DNA of 64,000 nt, taken from positions 224,001 through 288,000 of the forward strand of contig CAXXVD010000002.1 of NCBI GenBank assembly GCA_963662335.2, read 5' to 3'. The notes under the pieces are model-generated. The model made no database searches. It was not told the DNA's origin and worked only from the letters and a program-made list of their open reading frames with translations. This DNA comes from Chloroflexota bacterium (lineage in GTDB: Bacteria; Chloroflexota; UBA11872; VXOZ01). A program made the position numbers and the translations under genes. Positions 31,688 to 39,321 of the stretch are shown one piece after another; the stretch's first letter is position 1, and the number at the start of each line of letters is the position of its first letter.

Positions 31688-32033
31688 GGTGTGCCTGCTC
31701 TTCCTGTTGTTCCAGCGCTTCGATTTCGGCAACGACCTGGCGCATCGCCTCGGTCAGGTTGTCCTCGGCCCGGGGCGAGAGTTGGGCGCGCGCTTTCAGG
31801 GCGTCCAGCAGAATGCCCGTCAGTTCCTTCACCGCCTTGATTTTGTCCGCCGGCGCGCGCTCGTCGTCTTCGGCAGCGAGCAGTTGGGCCGCGATGCGGC
31901 GCAGGAGCATGCGCAGCAGGCCGATCTCGTCCTGGAGCAGCGGATTGTCGGCCGTGCGCGCCAGCGCCGCCAACTCCTGCTCGGTGAAGAGGTCGGCGTA
32001 GAGGCTTTGGGATGGTTTCTTGCTTTGGGTCAC
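31668..32033 (-). CDS. Putative terminase small subunit
   Basis: First gene of the operon, helical, LYADLF..ELAAL....LQDEIGLLRMLLRR pattern, upstream of terL. Confidence 0.6.
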   Translation of the reverse strand: MTQSKKPSQSLYADLFTEQELAALARTADNPLLQDEIGLLRMLLRRIAAQLLAAEDDERAPADKIKAVKELTGILLDALKARAQLSPRAEDNLTEAMRQVVAEIEALEQQEEQAHHADHTE

Positions 32034-32184
32034 CGCGATGTTTTCCTTTGCGTCGTGGCTGTGCGCTTGTTCTGTATAGAGATGTGGTTGCGGTCTGCGG
32101 CGCGCCGCTGGCGTTGCGTCCGCCTATTCGGGGCGTGCATAGAGGTATATTCAAAAATAACGTAAAAATGAGGGGTAAAAGGGG

Positions 32185-32213
32185 TTGCAATTTTACGAAG
32201 TATTTACTATACT
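32185..32213 (+). promoter_or_regulatory. Sigma-70-type promoter of the lexA-like gene
   Basis: TTGCAA (32185-32190), 17-bp spacer, TATACT (32208-32213) in an AT-rich divergent spacer. Confidence 0.7.
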
Positions 32214-32271
32214 GGGGAAAACGCGGCGCAGGATACCGCTGAACAGCATCCGGCGAGAAAGGAAGACGCGC

Positions 32272-32883
32272 ATGAAAGAGACCCTTACCGGTAAGCAACG
32301 GCAGGTGCTGGCGTTCGTCACGCGCGCGCAGCGGGAAGAGGGGCGCTGGCCCACGCTGGAAGAGATTGCCCGGCACATCGGCGCGCAGACGCCGGCGGCG
32401 GCGCACCACCACCTGAAGCGCCTGGAAAGCAAGGGCCGCCTGCGCCGCGCGGCCTGGGGAACCTACGAACTGACGCCCCAGGCGCAGGTTCTGGAGGGCC
32501 TGGGCGTGGCGCGCGTGCCGGTGCGCGGCACGATTGCCGCCGGCGCCGGCGTGGAAGCGGTGGAGGCCGTGGAAGACTGGCTCACCGTGGATAGCGTCTT
32601 TGCGCGCCACCCGGACGTCTACGCGCTGCGCGTGCAGGGCGACAGCATGGTGGACGCCTGCGTCTGCGACGGCGACCACGTGCTCATCCGTCCCCAACGC
32701 GACGCGGAAAACGGCGAGATGGTGGCGGCTCTGCGCGAAGACGGCACCGCCACCCTGAAGAGCCTCCTCCGCGAGGGCGGGCAGGTGTTCCTGGCTCCCG
32801 CCAACCCCTACTACCCCACGCTCCCCGGCGACAACATCACCGTGCTGGGCAAGGTGGTGGGCGTGATCCGCGTCTTCGCGTGA
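32272..32883 (+). CDS. LexA-like self-cleaving repressor (S24 peptidase)
   Basis: wHTH PTLEEIA, Ala-Gly cleavage site TIAAG, catalytic GDSM Ser and ATLK Lys. Confidence 0.9.
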   Translation: MKETLTGKQRQVLAFVTRAQREEGRWPTLEEIARHIGAQTPAAAHHHLKRLESKGRLRRAAWGTYELTPQAQVLEGLGVARVPVRGTIAAGAGVEAVEAVEDWLTVDSVFARHPDVYALRVQGDSMVDACVCDGDHVLIRPQRDAENGEMVAALREDGTATLKSLLREGGQVFLAPANPYYPTLPGDNITVLGKVVGVIRVFA

Positions 32884-33305
32884 GGAGGGCGGGGCGTGAT
32901 GACAGCGAGAAAGAATCCCGCGCGCGTGGGGTTCCCCCGTTCATCCTTCGACAGGCTCAGGACGAACGGGAGGGGATCCGCCGCCGTAGGGGGATCCGCC
33001 GCTGTAGGGGCGCTTCGCGAAGCGCCCCTACGCGAAAGGAAGCAATACCGCAACGAACCATCACCGTAGCGCGGGGGCTTGCCCCCCGCACGTGTGGCCG
33101 GGGACGCAGGTTGCAAACCTGCGCTACCGGAGTGGCGGAGTGTAGCGCGGGGGCTTGTCCCCCGCACGTGTGGCCGGGGACGCAGGTTGCAAACCTGCGC
33201 TACCGGAGTGGCGGGCCGTAGCGCGGGGGCTTGTCCCCCGCCGGTGCGCCCCTCCGGTGCACGCCGGAAACCGTGCCGGATCTAACGTAAAGAGAGGAAA
33301 GCACA

Positions 33306-34049
33306 ATGGCAGTCACCGTGCCTTTGACGCAGCCGGCGCCCATGGCCAAGGCGCCGCCTTTGACGAAACCAACACCTTTGGCGCAAGCGGCGTCCGTGGC
33401 GCCGCCGTCGCGCCGCGCCGGGCCGGCCAGCGGCCCGCGGCAAGGCCCGCCCGACGAACTGTTCGTCACCGTCCAGGCGGCGCAGCAGGGCAACACCACC
33501 GCCCAGATGCTGCTCATGGACCGCCTGCGCCTGCCCATGGAGCGCCAGATTCGGCGTCTCAAGCGCAGTTTCCGCCCGTCGGAGGCCGAAGACGCCCGCC
33601 AGGAGGTGCAGCGCCTCTTCCTGGAGTTGCTCTACGAGTACGACCGCACGCGCAACGGCAATTTCGAAGCCTACATGTGCACCATGCTCAAGTGGCGCGT
33701 GCACAACTTCGGGCGCGCGTCCCGCCGCATCGCGCCGCCGGACCCGGCCCACAACCAGTCGCTCAGCGACGAGATCACCGCCTACCTGGCCGAACAGCGC
33801 CTGCGCGCCGGCAATCCCACCGCCGAACCGGCGGTGCACGCCGAACTCGAGATTGCCCTGCAAGCGCTCACGCCCAAGCAGAAGTCGGTGCTCTTCGCCA
33901 TCTACTGGCAGGACCAGCGCGTGGTGGACGTCGCCGCGCGCATGGGCGTCAGCCCCCAGGCCGTGCGCGCCATCCGCCAACGCGCGGAAAAGATCCTCCG
34001 CCAGCGCCTGGAAGCTGGCGGCGGGGGCGCTCTAAGCGGCGGCAAGTAG
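33306..34049 (+). CDS. Sigma-70-family alternative sigma factor (regions 2 and 4)
   Basis: EDARQE..LFLELLYEYD..RNGNFEAY (region 2) and ALTPKQKSVL..YWQD...DVAARMGVS (region 4). Confidence 0.8.
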   Translation: MAVTVPLTQPAPMAKAPPLTKPTPLAQAASVAPPSRRAGPASGPRQGPPDELFVTVQAAQQGNTTAQMLLMDRLRLPMERQIRRLKRSFRPSEAEDARQEVQRLFLELLYEYDRTRNGNFEAYMCTMLKWRVHNFGRASRRIAPPDPAHNQSLSDEITAYLAEQRLRAGNPTAEPAVHAELEIALQALTPKQKSVLFAIYWQDQRVVDVAARMGVSPQAVRAIRQRAEKILRQRLEAGGGGALSGGK

Positions 34050-34124
34050 TCTATAGTATAGGAAGCAACAAGCACGAACCGCCGCAACAGCCAACAGGCG
34101 AGGCCGCCAAAAAGGTTACGAACG

Positions 34125-34799
34125 ATGCAGACATTGCAGCGCACACGGGCAGAAACCCAGGTGGCGCGCACGCGAGACGCCGGCATGGTGGTGATCATTC
34201 GCGGCGTGCCGCCGGCGTGGGCCGTGCCCATCGGCGAGGCGCTGCTGGCGGCGGACGTGGACGTGATGGAGATTACGCTCAATACGCCGCGCGCGTTGGA
34301 GATGATCGCCGCGCTGCGGACTGCGCTGGGCGGGGAGATGGAGATTGGCGCGGGCACGGTGCTCTCGGCGGCCGACGCCCAGCGCGCGTTTGACGCCGGG
34401 GCGGAGTTCTTCGTCGCGCCGCACCTGGATACCGAGGTCGTCGCCTTTGCCAACGACCGCGACTGCATGGTGGCGCCCGGCGCGTTTACGCCCACCGAGG
34501 TCTTTACCGCCCTGCGCGCAGGCGCGGACATCGTCAAAATCTTTCCCGCCAACCACGTCGGGCCGCAATTCCTGGAAGACCTGGCCGGGCCGTACGGCGC
34601 GCTGCCGCTGCTGCCCACCGGCGGCATCACGGTGGAAAACGCCGGCCACTACATTCGCAGCGGCGCGCTGGCGCTGGGCGTCGGCGCACGCCTGCTGGAC
34701 TGGCAGAACCTGGAAGATGACTTCACGCCGGTCACGGCGGCCGCCCGCGCCATGCGCGCGACGATCGCGCAGGCGCGGCAGGAGATGCAAATCCGGTAG
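34125..34799 (+). CDS. eda: KDPG/KHG aldolase
   Basis: EITLNTP, IGAGTVL, PGAFTPTE, VKIFPA and LPTGGI motifs. Confidence 0.88.
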   Translation: MQTLQRTRAETQVARTRDAGMVVIIRGVPPAWAVPIGEALLAADVDVMEITLNTPRALEMIAALRTALGGEMEIGAGTVLSAADAQRAFDAGAEFFVAPHLDTEVVAFANDRDCMVAPGAFTPTEVFTALRAGADIVKIFPANHVGPQFLEDLAGPYGALPLLPTGGITVENAGHYIRSGALALGVGARLLDWQNLEDDFTPVTAAARAMRATIAQARQEMQIR

Positions 34800-35059
34800 C
34801 GTAGGTTTGCAACCTGCGGTTCTGGGTAGCGCAGGTTTGTAACCTGCGCCCGGCCGCGTCCGCATCTGCCGTAGCGCGGGGGCTTGTCCCCCGCCGGAGC
34901 TATCGAAACTGACACGCAAAGGATTGCCCCAACAGCATCGCAGGTTACAAACCTGCGCTACCAGATAATTCGGAGGCGGGTTTGCAACCTGCGGCCCGGG
35001 TAGCGTAAGGCGATAGCCCAGGGCGCGCGGAGAAGATGGAATGCCGCCTGCGCGGGAAT

Positions 35060-35300
35060 TGTAAGTCTTGACTAATTCGTTGACAGAGTAGCTGGACAAG
35101 GCGGGTGACCTGTGTACGACGTTAAGCCGTCTTGCTGTCATTCCGAACGAAGCGCAGCGTAGTGAGGAATCTAGGGCGTCAAATGGCTAGAGACTTGCTG
35201 CAAAGCAACCCTAGATTCCTCGCTGCGCTCGGAATGACAGCAGCCACCGCCGTTACCTCACGGAAGGCGCAAGCTGTCAACGAATTACCTGACACTTACA
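35060..35300. mobile_element. MITE with TG...CA ends and 5-bp GGAAT target duplication
   Basis: TGTAAGTCTTGACTAATTCGTTGACAG ... CTGTCAACGAATTACCTGACACTTACA. GGAAT at 35055-35059 and 35301-35305. Confidence 0.75.
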
Positions 35301-35365
35301 GGAATGACAAGAGGTAGTCCCCACTCCATTGCCGGATCCGCACTTAGAAAGAACACCCACAACCC

Positions 35366-36829
35366 ATGCCGCCCACCTTCAAAGACCTGCGTGAATTCGT
35401 CGCCTTCCTCGAAGAGAAAGGCGAGTTGCAGCGCATTACCGCGCCGGTGGACCCGGAACTTGAGATCACCGAGATCACCGACCGCGTCACCAAGGCCGGC
35501 GGCCCGGCGCTGCTCTTCGAGAACGTGCGGGGTTCGGAGATCCCGCTGCTCATCAACACCTTTGGCTCCGAGCAGCGCACCGCGTGGGCGCTCGGCGCCG
35601 ACGCCTGGGAAGAATTGCCGCAGAAACTGGAAAACCTGCTTGGCATCGCCTTGGGCGGCCCGCCGGAGGGTCTCGCCGCCAAGCTCCAGGCCGGCGGCGA
35701 GTTGCTCAAGCTGGCGCGCATCGCCCCCAAGGTCGTCGACTCCGCCCCCTGCCAGGAGGTGGTGCTCACCGGCGACGACGTAGATCTGAACATGTTGCCC
35801 GTCATCAAGTGCTGGCCGCTGGACGCGGGAAAATACATCACCCTGCCGCTGGTGTGCAGCTACGACCCCAACACCGGCAAGCGCAACGTGGGCTGCTACC
35901 GCATGCAGGTGCTCAGCCGCAACACCACCGCCATGCACTGGCAGCGGCACAAAGGCGGGCGCGAGCACTACGACGACAGCGTCGAGAAGAAGGAACGCCT
36001 GCAACTGGCCGTCGCGCTCGGCGCGGAGCCGGCCGCGGTTTATTCGGGTACCGCGCCGCTGCCCCAGGGCATCGACGAGTTTCTCTTTGCCGGTTTCCTG
36101 CGCGGCGGGCCGGTGCAACTGGTCAAGGGCAAGACCGTGGACGTGATGGTACCCGCCAACAGCGAAATCGTCCTGGAAGGCTACGTTGAGCCCGGCGAAT
36201 ACGCGACCGAAGGGCCGTTTGGCGACCACACCGGCTACTACTCCACCGCCGACCAGTACCCGGTCTTCCACGTCACCGCCATCACGCACCGGCGCGACCC
36301 CATCTACGCCACCATCGTCGTGGGCCGTCCGCCCATGGAAGACATCTACATGGGCAAAGCCACCGAGCGCATGTTCCTGCCGCTGATCAAGCTGATGGCG
36401 CCGGAAGTGGTGGACATCGCGCTGCCGGACGAGGGCGTCTTCCACAACATCGTCTTCGTTTCCATCAAGAAGCGCTTTCCCGGCCACGCGCGCAAGACCA
36501 TGTACTCGCTGTGGAGCCTGCACCAGATGATGTGCGTCAAGTTCATCGTGGTGGTGGACGACGACATCGACGTGCAGGATACGTCGGAGGTCTTGTTCCG
36601 CATGGGCAACAACGTGGACTGGAAGCGGGACACGGTGATCGTGGAAGGGCCGGTGGATTCGCTGGACCACGCCGCGCCGCTGCCGAATTACGGCGGCAAG
36701 ATGGGCGTGGACGCCACCCGCAAGACGGCGGAGGAAGGCTTCACCCGCGAGTGGCCGCCGGACATCGTGATGAGCCCGGAGATAGAGGAGCGGGTGACGC
36801 GCCGCTGGCGGGAGTACTTCAGCGTGTAG
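35366..36829 (+). CDS. UbiD-family prFMN decarboxylase (menaquinone-biosynthesis type)
   Basis: DLREF..LE..GEL, NVGCYRMQ, EGPFGDHTGYY, GRPPMED and LDHA..GGKMGVDAT motifs. Confidence 0.92.
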   Translation: MPPTFKDLREFVAFLEEKGELQRITAPVDPELEITEITDRVTKAGGPALLFENVRGSEIPLLINTFGSEQRTAWALGADAWEELPQKLENLLGIALGGPPEGLAAKLQAGGELLKLARIAPKVVDSAPCQEVVLTGDDVDLNMLPVIKCWPLDAGKYITLPLVCSYDPNTGKRNVGCYRMQVLSRNTTAMHWQRHKGGREHYDDSVEKKERLQLAVALGAEPAAVYSGTAPLPQGIDEFLFAGFLRGGPVQLVKGKTVDVMVPANSEIVLEGYVEPGEYATEGPFGDHTGYYSTADQYPVFHVTAITHRRDPIYATIVVGRPPMEDIYMGKATERMFLPLIKLMAPEVVDIALPDEGVFHNIVFVSIKKRFPGHARKTMYSLWSLHQMMCVKFIVVVDDDIDVQDTSEVLFRMGNNVDWKRDTVIVEGPVDSLDHAAPLPNYGGKMGVDATRKTAEEGFTREWPPDIVMSPEIEERVTRRWREYFSV

Positions 36830-36856
36830 CCGTTTGATTGCGAAAGAGCCTAAGCC

Positions 36857-38731
36857 GTGCTGGATACTCTCGGCAGCGCGCCGCACCCCTGGTTGTTTGG
36901 GCCGGCGGCCGTGTTCCTTGGCCTCAGCGTGCTCCTCATTGGGGCGGACTACGTCGTGCGGGGCAGCGCGTGGCTGCAGCAGCGCCTGCTGCGCTGGCGG
37001 TGGACGCGGCCGCTGGTGGTCGCGCTGCGCGTTTCCAGCGCGTGGATCGCGTTCTATCCGGTCGCAGCCACCGTTGCCGTCGCCGCGCTGCTCGTGCAGA
37101 TCAGCCTCTACGCCTCGTTTGGCGGCGAGGCCCCGCTTGAGGCCGCGGCCGGAACCTGGCTCGCGCTGCCCACCAACGCGATCGTGCTCGCCTTTCGCGT
37201 GGATTCCGTCAGCCTGCTCTTCCTCTGGCTGGGCGCGGCCTCGATACTCTGTCATTTGTGGACGCTGCCGGCGGCCCGCCTGCCGCGGGATCAAATGGGA
37301 AGAGCCTACGCCTTCCTGCTCCTGACGCTGTGCGCCTACGGCGGCCTGGTGCTCTCCGAGAATCTGCTCTTCCTCTACGTCTTCTGGGAAGCGTTGGGGT
37401 TGGCCGGCTACTTCCTGGCGGTCTTGCCCCGGGAGGAGCGCCCCCACATCGGCGCGGTGGCGGTGCGTCTGCTCATGATCGGCCACTTCTCCGGCTACGG
37501 CCTGTTGGCGGCCGTGCTCATCATCTCGCGCCGCAGCGACCAGTACCTCTACGGCGACATTCCCGCCGGGGCGTTCGACGCGCTGGTGGTCGGCCTGGTG
37601 CTGGCGGCGGTGGCGGCGCGGGCCGGTTGGCCGCCGTTTCACGGCTGGGCCGCCTCGCTGCGCAGCCATCTGGCGCCGATCTACGCCAACGTAGCGGGCA
37701 TCATGCTGCTGGGCGCCGCCTACGTGGTCGCGCGCTTTCTGGTGCTCTCCGGCCCCGAGCCGTTCGTCGCCTGGTCGCGTCCGCTGCTGGTGGTCGGCGG
37801 CCTCAGCCTGGCGCTCTCGATTGCCGCTATGCTGGCCATGGGCCGGCTGACGTCGCTCCTGGCCGTAAACTGGATTGGCCACGCCGGCCTCATCGCGGTA
37901 GCGGTCGGCGTCGGCACCTATCAAGCCGTTGCCGCCGCGGCGCTCACGCTCTTCAGCGGCAGCGTCGGCATGGCGCTCATGGCGGCGGCGGGACCGCCCC
38001 TCCTGGCGATCCACCGCGGCAGCCAGCGCGCCCTCTGGACGTTGCCGGCGGCCGCGAGCGTCATCGGCATCGCCGCGTTGGCGGGCGTCGTCGTCCCGCT
38101 TAGCGCCGCCTCGCGCTCATTGCTCTTCAGCGCGCTCGAACCGGAGGCGTGGGCCGTCCCCTTGCGCGCGCTGCTCATTCTCTTTGGCATCTTCACCATC
38201 ATCACCTTTGGCCGCTGGATGCAGCGCCTGTTCGTAAACCCGCCGCTCACGTCCGCCCGGCGCGCGGAAGCGCTGCTCGACCAGGGTCATCTGGTGTGGC
38301 TGCTCGCGGCGGCGGGCATCGTCATGGCCGTCTTGCAGTGGCGGCTGCCCGTGCTCGTCTGGCCGGCGGCCGCCACCATCAGCCACGCCGTAGAGTTCGA
38401 CCAGGCCTTGTTCGCGTGGAGCGCCCTCTTGACGGTCAGCACGCTCTCCACCGTGCTGGTGGGCGGTGTTGGCGTCATCGCGGTGCTGCTCGTGCGGCGC
38501 ATGCATCCGCGGGACCGGCGGCAACTCGCCGCCGTCACGCGCACGCTTGGCGGCGCCGCCGACCGGCTCCTGGCGCCGCCGAACAACTTACTCGTCGCCC
38601 TCGGGCGCTGCCTGGCCGCGCTTGGCAGAACGGCGGCCGTGGCGGAGCGCCGCTACTACGTCGCGATCGTCATGCTCTCCCTGCTGGCGCTCTTCATCCT
38701 GCTCCTGGAAACGCAAGGAATCGCCCAGTGA
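36857..38731 (+). CDS. Proton-conducting antiporter-like membrane subunit (NuoL/HyfB/MrpA family)
   Basis: FRVDSVSLLF, ENLLFLYVFWEALGLAGYFL and AGWPPFHGW motifs; many TM segments. Confidence 0.75.
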   Translation: MLDTLGSAPHPWLFGPAAVFLGLSVLLIGADYVVRGSAWLQQRLLRWRWTRPLVVALRVSSAWIAFYPVAATVAVAALLVQISLYASFGGEAPLEAAAGTWLALPTNAIVLAFRVDSVSLLFLWLGAASILCHLWTLPAARLPRDQMGRAYAFLLLTLCAYGGLVLSENLLFLYVFWEALGLAGYFLAVLPREERPHIGAVAVRLLMIGHFSGYGLLAAVLIISRRSDQYLYGDIPAGAFDALVVGLVLAAVAARAGWPPFHGWAASLRSHLAPIYANVAGIMLLGAAYVVARFLVLSGPEPFVAWSRPLLVVGGLSLALSIAAMLAMGRLTSLLAVNWIGHAGLIAVAVGVGTYQAVAAAALTLFSGSVGMALMAAAGPPLLAIHRGSQRALWTLPAAASVIGIAALAGVVVPLSAASRSLLFSALEPEAWAVPLRALLILFGIFTIITFGRWMQRLFVNPPLTSARRAEALLDQGHLVWLLAAAGIVMAVLQWRLPVLVWPAAATISHAVEFDQALFAWSALLTVSTLSTVLVGGVGVIAVLLVRRMHPRDRRQLAAVTRTLGGAADRLLAPPNNLLVALGRCLAALGRTAAVAERRYYVAIVMLSLLALFILLLETQGIAQ

Positions 38732-39321
38732 GTTGGGAAGCCCTGATCCTCGTGCTCGTGCTTGCCGGGGCCGCCACGGTGCTGGCGGCGCAGTGGTGGC
38801 TGCCCGCATTCGGCGGCCTGATCGCCACCTACGTGGGCACCGCGTTGCTGCTCATGGCCTACACCGGCACGGTGGTAGCGGTGACGCGCATCATCATCGG
38901 CTTTACCGTCGCCACGATGCTGGCGGTGGCGCTCTGGATGGAGCGGAAACGGCCGTTGCAAAATCAAGCCCTGTTCGCGACTCCCACCCTCGCGGGCGTC
39001 GCCGCGCTCAGCATCCTGGCGGCCTACGCGTTGGCCGAGCGCATGCCGTCGCTGATAGACCCGATCGCCGCCATGGCGGCCGCCGCCGTGCTGCTGCTGG
39101 GCTTCTTTACCGTCGTGCTGCGCACCAGCATCTTCGGCCTCAGCATGGGCGTGCTGCTCATCGTCAACGGGCTGGACTTCATCATCTGCCTCTTCCTGGG
39201 CGAGCAAGGCATGGCGCTGCTAACGGTGGAAGGCTTGGTGCCGGTCGGGGTGACGTTCCTGGTAACGCTGGTGCAGATCATAGACTTCGAGGGCTTAGTG
39301 GAGCGCGATGCTCGCGGATAG
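38728..39321 (+). CDS. HyfE/NuoK-like membrane subunit
   Basis: GTGA overlap with the previous stop; about seven TM segments; MGVLLIVNG pattern. Confidence 0.55.
   Translation: MSWEALILVLVLAGAATVLAAQWWLPAFGGLIATYVGTALLLMAYTGTVVAVTRIIIGFTVATMLAVALWMERKRPLQNQALFATPTLAGVAALSILAAYALAERMPSLIDPIAAMAAAAVLLLGFFTVVLRTSIFGLSMGVLLIVNGLDFIICLFLGEQGMALLTVEGLVPVGVTFLVTLVQIIDFEGLVERDARG

Larger units (their letters stand above)
19300..34049. other. Phage-derived head, neck and short-tail gene cluster with divergent LexA-like repressor and sigma factor (GTA-like or domesticated prophage)
   Basis: Canonical order terS-terL-portal-protease/capsid-adaptor-neck-tail on the minus strand. No integrase, transposase, replication, tape-measure or endolysin gene recognised. 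Confidence 0.8.

Noticed and set aside
32034-32271. Canonical GAAC-N4-GTTC SOS box upstream of the lexA-like gene
   Set aside because: No match found by eye, so the gene was not labelled as the host lexA.
33266-33290. ECF-type promoter GGAAAC…CGTAA upstream of the sigma gene (AACGTAA also at 32159 and, on the minus strand, near 24273)
   Set aside because: The 14-bp spacing is short for ECF promoters and the motif is too short to separate from chance.
18975-34124. Complete temperate or Mu-like prophage
   Set aside because: No integrase, Mu A/B transposase, replication, tape-measure or lysin gene and no att or tRNA boundary is visible. A decayed prophage remains an alternative, but an autonomous one is unsupported.
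35285-38014. Long antisense ORFs (909 aa here; also 19769-21952, 24581-26017, 45158-46675 and 59452-61078)
   Set aside because: They are shadow frames of well-supported genes in high-GC DNA and carry no recognisable motifs.
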